Assembly: GCF_006345805.1 (NCBI RefSeq)
Contig: NC_043004.1
Coordinates: 10,602,001-10,666,000, forward strand
Length of the DNA stretch: 64,000 nt
From: Octopus sinensis
Lineage: Eukaryota
Direction of reading: 5' to 3'
The notes below the pieces were generated by a model. The model searched no databases, had not been told where the DNA came from, and saw only the letters and a program-made list of their open reading frames with translations. Numbering within the stretch: the first letter of the stretch is position 1; every line of letters starts with the position of its first letter. Below, piece by piece: positions 53,079-64,000 of this stretch. A program made the translations under genes and the position numbers.

Positions 53079-53762
53079 TATGCAAACGTCTTTACGTGTA
53101 TACATGCGCGCTTGCATATCATAGGTTTATGTGCATTGTGTTAACACTTTCTATAAACGTATACGCACATAACCACATATATATGTATAATTTCATGATG
53201 AATTTCTGTATTCATTGTTTGAACAGCGATATGAAATATATCTCGCTTTCGCACCTACCCACACGCGTACACCCCACCTTGTAGACACTGCCATAGTCAC
53301 ACTCATAATCAAACTCTTACATACGCACTAACGTATGCTCAAGCAGATTGAAACTCATGGATATTCGCACTGGTGTATTCATGCTTATAACTAATCGGTT
53401 CCCCTTTAAGGAGTAAAGCACACATTTGGATCTTAGAAACTGATTCTTTGGTTAAATGATATTACAGATTTCATTGAAGTGTGAAGCTTCTACAACCTTG
53501 AGCCTTTCACAATATAATCCGGTTTTCACAGACCGAAGGCGAGTCAATCAAAATCATATGAAAATATATATCTTATTAAGTACACTCTAACATTACATAT
53601 GTATACCTGCATTCAGACACACACATATACACATACACACACATACACACACACACACACACAACATTTAACTAGAAATATATAGAGAGAAATGTGTGCG
53701 TATTTATATATATATATTTATGTATATAGCAAAAAGACCATACACACAGTTACACACACCTG

Positions 53763-53838
<76 letters not shown>

Positions 53839-54591
53839 AGAGATAAATACATATATATATTATATTTATTTATTTACATGTATGTCTATATATATATACA
53901 GATAGATATAGATATAAATATACCTGCTTTTATCTGTTCAAGTAGATGTGTGTTTACATATATAAACATATTTCCATACACAAAAACACAGTCACACACA
54001 CACACACACACACACAACACACACACACACACACACCCCACACACACAAACACAAACACACACACATACACACACGGAAACATATATATATTGCACATTT
54101 CTTCTTGTATGTGCGTAAATATCTCAGTGTTGAAATTGCACATGTTGGTTATGTTGCACACAATCTCATACAGATTATGTACTATATACTGATTCAACAA
54201 TATTCTTTACCATTAAAGAGGATCTAAAATATGCTTCTGGGCATGCTCAATCTTTATAGGCAGTGTCAAGTTTATTATTTTTATTACCGATGCCTTTATT
54301 AATAGTTTACTGTTTGACATTCGACAAAAGTTTAGAGGTTTGGTCGAGCGGACATTCAACGTTGCATCTAATAAATGTACACTGTCTTGCCGACGCTATG
54401 CTCCACCACTGATCTCTAGTGTTCTATATTTAACTGCTGATCTTATATTATTTATATGTAGAATATATGATATATGATATATATATATATATATATAAAT
54501 TTAAATAAGGGTAGAAATTGATATTAATCAATTAAAACCTGTGGTCTAGCATGTATATATAAAAAATCCGAAGATTAAAAGTTTTTTTGCA

Positions 54592-54704
54592 TACAAAATT
54601 TAGAGGATTGACCACTAAAAATGGACAGCCTAAATGCTAGATATAGACGTCAAAATCTAGCATTTAGGCTGTCCATTTTAGTGGTCAATCCTCCAAATTT
54701 TGTA
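54592..54704. mobile_element. 113-bp hairpin MITE related to the 34959-35611 family
   Basis: tacaaaatttagaggattgaccactaaaaatggacagcctaaatgctagat / atctagcatttaggctgtccattttagtggtcaatcctccaaattttgta; shares its termini and the atagacgtcaaa word with the larger element. Confidence 0.85.
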
Positions 54705-54975
54705 TATATATATATATATATGTATATATATACGTTCCTTTGGGGCTGGCCAGATCGGAGCAATCTCAACATTAATCAGCCGAAATGCGAAGATGATCCG
54801 GTTCTTGACTGAAGATTGAAGGCTTCGAATGTCCCGTCGCGTTTTTTGTATCGTCTTCTAATGTTTCACGTTCTTGTCCCAGTTTGTATTTTTTACAATT
54901 ACATATATATATATATATATATATCATATATAATAGATTGTGATATATATATTATATGTATGTATATTAATATAT

Positions 54976-55024
<49 letters not shown>

Positions 55025-55597
55025 ATATATATATAAATTAAATTAGAGATAAAACCACTGTTAGGCAAATCAAACAGTGAAAAACATAAACCAAAACATA
55101 GAAATAAAATTAATTAATATAATATACAAAATATATTAAATATAAAATTCAAAATTTAAATTATTTAAATTTAAAGTTAAAAATTTAAAATTATTAATGA
55201 AAAGAGGAGGGAAAGTGAGCATGAAGAGAAGAAATGAAAAATTGAGAGAGGAGAAACGAAAGAACGAAGAGTGGAATGTACGAAGTAAGCGTGAAAGGTC
55301 AGATAGAAAGGATGAAAGAATAACAGAAACAATACAGTCGTACAAGATTTAGATAAAGTTAAACTTCCATATAAGAGACCAAAGCGTACGTACGCCGCTA
55401 TATGTTTTATGTATAAAAGATACAAAATGGGACAAGAACGTAGAACATCCAGACAATTAGGTGATACAAAAAAGGGACAAAAAACATCCAGATAGACGAT
55501 ACAAAGAAAACAAGGACGGGTCATTCGGCGTTTTCTTTCCTCTGTCGAGTTCCAGATTATCTTTGCAATTTCGGCTGGTTATATATATATATATATA

Positions 55598-55852
55598 TAC
55601 TCTTTACTCTTTTACTCTTTTACTTGTTTCAGTCATTTGACTGTGGCCATGCTGAAGCACCACCTTTTTAATCGAGCAAATCGACCCCAGGACTTATTCT
55701 TTGTGAGTCTAGTACTTATTCTATCGGTCTCTTTTGCCGAACCGCTAAGTTACGGGGACGTAAACACACCAGCATCGGTTGTTAAGCGATGTTGGGGGAC
55801 AAACACAGAACACAAACATATACACATACACATACATATATTATATATATAT

Positions 55853-55896
<44 letters not shown>

Positions 55897-56061
55897 TACG
55901 ACGGGCTTCTTTCCGTTTCCGTCTACCAAATCCACTCACAAGGCTTGTTGGTCGGCCCGAGGCTATAGTAGAAGACACTTGCCCAAGGTGCCACGCAGTG
56001 GGACTGTACCCGAACATGTGGTTGGTAAGCAAGCTACTTACCACACAGCCATTCCTACGCC
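55598..56061 (-). mobile_element. Bipartite tRNA/CORE-like SINE with expanded central (AT)n
   Basis: Same family as 4551-4945. Confidence 0.9.
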
Positions 56062-56128
56062 TATATATATATATATATAGATATATATATATATATATAT
56101 ATATATAGATATGTATGTATGTATGATG

Positions 56129-56164
<36 letters not shown>

Positions 56165-56329
56165 CACACACACACACACACACACACGCATATATATATT
56201 ATATAGATGCATATATACATACATATATACATGATTAAAAACTTAGATATGTTTCGACGAAAGATTCGTCCAGGCCATGTCAAACTTTATAGCACCACCT
56301 GATAGGATTATCCTAATCTTTTAAAGTCA

Positions 56330-57310
56330 AATTTTGTGGTATCATAGTCCATTTGATTAGGGAGTTCTTGATAAGCGAGTTGTATCTTGGTATAGGTGGC
56401 TTATGTGGTATTCCTTAAGAAATTTGTCCAGATTCCGATTAAAGGTGATGGGATCCTTTTTCTCTTTGATCTGTCTTGGAACAATGTTGGATAGAGCAGG
56501 GCCAGAGGAGGAAAAGAAATGTTGTTTCAGTGAATATATGTGTTGTGATCCTGAATTGTGTAGGGCACATATGGCCCGCTGTCCTAGCCTTGGATGAATT
56601 TTGAAGCTAATGTTGAGGTCGTTTGGTCAATGCTGGCGGTATATCCTCATCATTGTGCAAATCATGTATCACTCGCGGCAGCGCTAGAGAGAGTAGAGTT
56701 TCAATGCTTTAAGTCGGTCCCAGTAATCGAGATCAGTCATGCACTTAATTTATTTAGTGAATGCCATCTGTTGTGATTCAATTTTCCAGATGTTTTGTAT
56801 GGGGAGACCACAGGGGGCAGTAGTATTCGAGGTGTGGCCATACAAAGGAGGAGGAGGAAAGTGGAATGATAACACCTTGTTCTCTGGACCGGAAGGTTCT
56901 TAAGATCCAGGAGCACATCCTATGAGCTATATCGACCTTATTGTTGATGTGGGCACTCCAACTGAGATTGTTATCAACAATTACTGCTAGGTCTCTGATA
57001 TTATTAGATGCCGTGAGAGGTTACCCTAAAGGAAGGGAATGTGGTTATTTTAGCAAAGTAATTTTTCCAAAATGCGTCAGATCAAATTTTCTCTCCTTTA
57101 GTTGCATTTTTTTTTTTTTTGGCCCTTTGACTTACCACATGTACATCAGACTGGAGTTGAGTTTGGTCTTCTTATTCATTGATGATTTTCTAGAGGTTAG
57201 TGTCATCAGCAAATATTTTCACTTTGCTGTGTTTTATGACGCCGGAAAGGTCGTTTATATAGATAATAAAAGAAGCGAACCCAAGAGTCCCCTGAGGCGC
57301 ACTACTGCCT
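56330..57310 (-). mobile_element. Degenerate CR1-like LINE RT 3' fragment
   Basis: Minus strand APQGTLG...IYINDLSGVIKHSKVKIFADDT (RT motifs PQG and FADD), RDLAVIVDNNLSWSAHI; many stops and frameshifts. Confidence 0.85.
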
Positions 57311-57330
57311 TTAGCTGGCCTTGAGTGGAT

Positions 57331-57390
<60 letters not shown>

Positions 57391-58790
57391 GATATATATG
57401 AGTATTGTAGATACAGAGAGAGAGAGAGAGAGAGAGAGAGTGTGTGTGTGGGAGAGAGAGAGTGAGAGAGCTACCTTATGTTAATGGTTAAGAAAGACAA
57501 TCTATATTTTCACCAGCTTGACATCTGGTCAACAACGAAGACCAAATTAGCCGTAAGCTGGATGAGTAAATTGTTATTCTCATAGTTAATTGCTATTGCT
57601 GTTGTCATTATATAGCCCCTAGTAAGCCATTGCCTTCATGTCTGTCGTTAAGGAATGTCAAAAACTGAACTGTTCATAGTCTCTTTCCATTTTCACGATA
57701 TTAATACGTCAATCTAAAATGTCGATCGATCACGTAGAACAATGGTTCTCTACTATTTCTTACCTATATATCTTTTGACTTTTATTTTAATCGGTTGGAT
57801 CTCCATAGCCATTCGATGTTTTAAAAAGATTGTATTGTATTTCTATGATTAAATTGTAAAGAAATATTGTTAAAATATATTGAAGGATTATAACCAATTT
57901 ATAGCAGAAAAATTTTGACGACAAAATCTTGCATGGTTTGTGTGGAACCCGATTGAGAACAAGCGACGAGAAGTATTCCTCTCATGTTCTTGTTTAGGTT
58001 CAAGGAAGCAGCCATGATGAAACAAATTCCTGCCGTGACCTTCCAGAATTTTCTGCTATCTTTTATCTTTTACTTGTTTCAGTCATTGGACTGCAGCCAT
58101 CCTGTGACACCATCATTAAGAGTTTTAGTCGAATGAATGACCACCAGTCCTTGTTTTTAACACCGGATACATATTCAATGAAATATACATCACCTGATAC
58201 ATACATAAGTTACCTTTGCCAAAAAGCTAATTTACAGACGAAAACACACCAACACTCACATATACAAACACACATACATACACACCCTCACAAACATAAC
58301 AGGATTCCTTCAATTTCCGTCTTGCAAATCCACTCATAAGGCACCACTATGCGCGAAGCTATTGTAGAAAACTCCTGCCCACGTGGCTGGGAAACAAACT
58401 TCTTACCATACTGCCACTACTGTACAAGACGCTGTAAACTACATTTTTCAATGTTCTTTTCTTCTTTTAGAGGCGCGGGATATTATTTAAGAGGCAACCC
58501 AATATCAAAAACACCTCTCCGACCGCCGCAGTTTGAAGAGTGTAAGAATCTAGCTAAGACTTATAGATCTAAGCTCCGTACTATAAATCAAGTGAACTCA
58601 TTTGGCTGCATAACTTGGGTTGATGGATGTAACATGCTATTTAGTGTAACCATTAATTAAACATGGTGATGTTAGTTCGACACGTTTACTTAATTTGGAA
58701 TATTTCAGAAAAGTGTTCAGAATGGCAGTCTGCATCAGTACAAAGTTTATAACTACTATAGATCATCTTTTACACACACACACACACACA

Positions 58791-58829
<39 letters not shown>

Positions 58830-59482
58830 CACACACATACACACACACACACACATTCACACACACACACAAACACAATCACATACACGCATGATATCTC
58901 AATTTCTTTTTATAAATAACTAAAATGATTTATAATAAAATCTTATCCGACAATTTAAAATACGTATATATATATGTGTGTGTTGTGTGTGTGTGTGTGT
59001 GTGTGTGTTGTATGTGTGTGTTTGTGTGTGTGTGTCTATTTGCATCTAAGTGTATATGTAAATTAAACAGTCATAGGCATAAATATTTCTATTTACACTC
59101 GTAAAATAATATGATTAATGTATGCAATAGTTCATCTAGTAAATCGTATGAGCTTCCTTGTATGCTTATGTACACATCAGTAGAAGGATGATGCAATGCA
59201 AATCAATATAGATGCGTGCGCATCCTTGCATTTGGAACATACATACAAGATGTATTCACGTACACACCTATATGCATAAATATATAATCTATCTATCTAT
59301 ATATATATATTGTATATATAAGTATATATATATATATGCATGGACACATATACACATTTAAATAAACTGTAACATATATATATATATATTATTATATATA
59401 TATATATATATATATATAGTATATATATAATACATATTTATACATACATACACACATTTATTTATATATATATACATATATG

Positions 59483-60726
59483 TATTGGTTTTTCTGGGAA
59501 GTTCGTGCCGATTTTGAAAGGAAAGGAAAAGGTTAATAAATACTTGCCATTACATTTTTTATCAACGAAATATGAAACATTTTGTTGCATAATGCGTCTT
59601 CTTCTTTCCCTTAACTTTCCTAGAATTGAGGTGGTTTCATGGCAAAGAATTCCTCAAGGTATCTTTTTACGTCATCCAAGGAATTGAAATTTTTACCCTT
59701 AAGATTATTCTGCAGAGACCTGAATAAGTGGAAATCCGAAAGAGCAATATCTGGTGAATATATGGGGTTTGGGGGAAACACATCCCAGCCGAGCTGCAGC
59801 AATTTTTGTCTGGTTCCCAAAGAAACGTGCTGCCCTGCATTGTCTTGTTGGAAAGCAACACCCTTCCTGCTGGCCAATTCTGGACGTTTCTCTGGAATTG
59901 CTGCTTTTAACTCGTCCAGTTGTGTGCAATATTTCTCAGAAGTAATTGTCTGGTTACTTGAGATAAGCTCATAGTACAGAATTTCTTTCCAATCCCACCA
60001 GACACAAAGCAAGATTTTTTAGGGTGTAGACCCACTTTTGCCGTCGCTAAGGTGGCTCATGTCGCTTACTCCAGGATTGCTTTCTCAGCACATTTCGGTA
60101 GATAATCCATTTCTCATCACCCGTCACAATTTGCTTTTAAAAAGGCACGTTTTCATTCCGTTTATAAAGCGAACACAGATGGAAATGCGATCTAAAAGGT
60201 TCTTCTCACTCAACTCATGTGGTACCCAAACATCGTAGCGATTTGTGTACCCAAACTTACCAGGTGCTCATGAACGACGGATTTTGATAGGTTGAAGCTT
60301 TCTGCCAATTCTCGGGTTGTGCAATGTGGGTTATTCTCAATTAATGACTTGATTTGGTCATCATCAGTAGTGGATGGTCTGCCTGACCGCTCTTTGTCAA
60401 TAAGGCTACAATCTCCAGCTCGAAACTTTGCGAACCACTTCCAGATAAAGAAACATCACCGTAAACTGCGCATATTTCTTTGGTTTCTTGTGAGGCATTT
60501 TTCCCTTTGTGGAAAAAGAAAAGCATCAAGTGGCGACAATGAACGTTCTTATCTTCCATTTTAAAGAGTTACAGAATTAACACATGTTATAGGAACATAA
60601 ACCATTTTCTACGAAAAGATAGCATAAACTGTGCTCTAAATGGAAGTGTAGTCAAATCCTATTTTATGGACTCAGCCGTGTTGTAAAATAAGTAGAAATG
60701 TAGCTACTATAAATCGGCACGAACTA
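59483..60726 (-). mobile_element. Near full-length, inactivated mariner (DD34D-type)
   Basis: ATG at 60559 (MEDKNVHCRHLMLFFF), [53 protein letters not shown]. Inverted gttcgtgccgattt near both ends; frameshifts and stops. Confidence 0.92.
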
Positions 60727-60733
60727 TATATAT

Positions 60734-60785
<52 letters not shown>

Positions 60786-61270
60786 AAATACACGCACACC
60801 ACCCACAACACGCACACACACACACACACGCACACACGCATATATGCATAAATAATTACTTTAAGTGGGAGTGGTGACTAAACGTAGATATGCATGTGCG
60901 AAACCATGCTATATGGCAAAGATAAAAGTCAAGCTATCTATTTTGACCAAAAGCTATACTTTTCTCGGCTCTCCATATTTATTTTATTTTATTTTCGGTG
61001 GTTATGCATGAAGTTGAAGAAATATTTACGTAACAACTTATCGATGAAACAAATTTATATTCACCTCACACACGCATATACACACACATATGAGAACAAA
61101 ACGCACGCACTACTACTCCCAAAAGAAGTAATTATACATGTGTTAGTATATGTGTAGCTGCATATATAAATATATATCCGTGTTTGTATATATAGATATG
61201 TATATACATATATTTATACATATATATGTGTGTGAGTAGGCAGATAGATAGATAGACAACATACATATAT

Positions 61271-61310
<40 letters not shown>

Positions 61311-61557
61311 TATATATACATATATATGTGCACACATACATACATGCATATAACATATACAAATAATTACATACGTGCATGCATATACTCTATTTTTGAT
61401 TGAACAGGCATATATGTACTTTTAACATCAATACATATATATATATATTATATATATATATATATATATAACACACATTATATAAGTATATGTATATATG
61501 TATACATAAAACATATATATATACACAGACACTTACATATATTATATCATATATGCT

Positions 61558-61660
<103 letters not shown>

Positions 61661-62129
61661 TGTGTGTTATGTGTGTGTGCGCCTGTCGTCTCTCTCTCTC
61701 TATATATATATACTATGTATGTAAGTATATAAAATATATAAACGTGTCTTGTTCACGCACATTCATACTTTTATGCATAAGTATACACCGCATTGTCTGT
61801 TGAATCCCTTCTGTCTACGCATATGTAGTTTTACCCAATTCGTACACATGCATGTGAATATTGCAGTCATAAGTAATCACTTATTTTTTAAACTACGTTT
61901 CTATTTCTCGCTTCCTATCGGTACCCTGTTACCTAACTATCACTCTATCTGAATATATATCTAGATATATATGTGTCCGTACGTATGTGTCTCGATTACT
62001 ACTTCTATAAATCACCAAAGTTATATATCTATCCGTCTGTCTCATTTCAGACTTCCTACGTGGAATCACGATCTTCTCTCCTTATAAAAACATTGTCCCC
62101 ATTACCCAGTGGTATATAGCTTTTTATTT

Positions 62130-62131
62130 TC

Positions 62132-62217
<86 letters not shown>

Positions 62218-62279
62218 AGATCTATCTATCATCTCTCTCTCTATATATATATCTCTCTATATATATATATCTCTCTCTA

Positions 62280-62313
<34 letters not shown>

Positions 62314-62322
62314 ATATATCTT

Positions 62323-62359
<37 letters not shown>

Positions 62360-62416
62360 CTACTATCTATCTCTCTCTCTCTGTCTCTCTCTCTCTCTCC
62401 TTCTCTCTCCTCTCTT

Positions 62417-62495
<79 letters not shown>

Positions 62496-62621
62496 CTTAA
62501 TGTCTTCTCTTCGCCTTCCTCTTTCAATGACCCTTTTCTCCCTCATCCCTCCTAATTTTTCTGCGCTTCCACATGTCATCTAATTTTTTTACCAACTATT
62601 TTTTCGAATTTGTTGTCGTTG

Positions 62622-62677
<56 letters not shown>

Positions 62678-62710
62678 TATATTATTATTATCATCATTAT
62701 CATCATCATC
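62130..62710. repeat. Compound (ATCT)n/(CT)n/(AT)n, then (TAT)n/(CAT)n microsatellites
   Basis: Direct inspection. Confidence 0.95.
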
Positions 62711-62837
62711 AATACTATTTTTGTTATATTTTCATCGCCATCACCTTAAAATGTCTCCATCACATTGTTCTATCCGGAAATGAAATTGCGATAGAAAAAA
62801 TTGGAGGAGAGAAAATATAAGCGGCGCGCGCGTGTCC

Positions 62838-62873
<36 letters not shown>

Positions 62874-63410
62874 TGTGAGAGTGATTGAGTGTGTATTTGT
62901 GTGTGTATGTGTATTTCAACATATGTGTGTGCCAGAGGAGGTGTGGTGTTAAGAGGGCGTGTGCATGTGGAACAGAACGTGTGGATTTTAAGAAAACGAA
63001 GGATTAATGATGAGAAAAAGATGACGAAGGAGAAGAAGGGAGAGAGAATGAATAAAAATGAAGATGGGGAGAAAGAGGAAGAAATAGAAGAAGAATACGA
63101 AGAAGCAGAAAAAGAATTAGGAAATGAATAAATGAAAAAGATTGAAGATGTATTTTTTTTTAATAGTTCATCAAACTAGTTAGAAGATACCTAGATTGTT
63201 GGTTCGACTCTCTGATAGTATAAATGAGAAAATATCCACAAACGATTGATCTTTTCCTCCATGTTGAAAATTATTGAATGATCGATTACTTTAAAAATGA
63301 GTTTGCATGGCCAGCAAATAAGAAACAGGATGTCCTGAAAACTATGCAATAAAGAATGTGTATATAAAACTAAATATAAAAACAAAACAAGAACTATGTA
63401 TGTATATATA

Positions 63411-63626
63411 CGAAGGGGTTTTGAAATATTCCTGGCTTTAAGGCTACTAGGAAAAGATTGGTTGGAGGCCCAACCTTCTGAGTTCTTTCACAGAGCTTAG
63501 GAAAACTGAAGGACCGCTGCAATAAGTGTGTGGATCTGAGCGGAGAATATTTTGAATGAAATAAAAATTAACTTATCCTCCTGTATCTTATTTTACCCAA
63601 GGCGAGGAACATTTCAGCACTCCTCG
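63411..63626 (+). mobile_element. mariner-derived MITE with TA TSD
   Basis: ta|cgaaggggttttgaaatattcctgg ... gaggaacatttcagcactcctcg|ta. A truncated relative starts at 5921. Confidence 0.8.
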
Positions 63627-63658
63627 TATATATATATATATGTATACACATGTACACG

Positions 63659-63702
<44 letters not shown>

Positions 63703-64000
63703 CATACATCTATGACAAATGGGGAAAATCGGTGTTTGTGGCGTTGTTAGCTAACTCCTCTTACATTGTCTTATTGATTTTGATGACACTTGACACGTGA
63801 GTTGAATTAATGTCTGGAAACTTCATGACATACTCAGATTGTTGAAAGAAATCGATAACAGGGCCCCTCCAACGGACCCTTCTATCTACTACATATTATT
63901 AATATTTGATCTAAACAACCCAAGGGAAATAATCCATACCACCTGCAGGTTTTAGCGAAGTGATCAGTATTTGATTCCCACAATCAGCCGACCTAATACT

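Overview
AT-rich, microsatellite-saturated eukaryotic DNA, most likely from an octopus or other coleoid cephalopod. That assignment is inferred from the tRNA-derived SINE families and the density of (AT)n, (ATGT)n, (ATCT)n and (CA)n tracts. Nearly all long ORFs in the supplied track are microsatellite translations or antisense shadows. The window is mostly intron-like sequence filled with mobile-element debris: three tRNA-SINE families, CR1/Jockey-like, RTE and Penelope retroelement fragments, Tc1/mariner copies, a Chapaev-like transposase fragment, a non-autonomous Helitron, and hAT, Tigger, mariner and foldback MITEs. By hand I could assemble the 3' part of a spliced minus-strand gene I do not recognise, with exons near 23.9, 16.0, 10.7, 10.5, 8.8 and 8.3 kb, a stop at 8298 and AATAAA downstream. 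Weaker isolated exon candidates lie upstream, and a competing low-confidence plus-strand exon chain exists. Non-coding points of interest are two perfect RFX X-boxes (one inside a mariner end), a CTCF-type motif, an ETS/CRE/YY1 cluster, hammerhead-ribozyme-like motifs, several near-perfect foldbacks and a three-level nested insertion. I found no CRISPR array, rRNA, bona fide tRNA or prokaryotic system. Gene models are manual and unverified.
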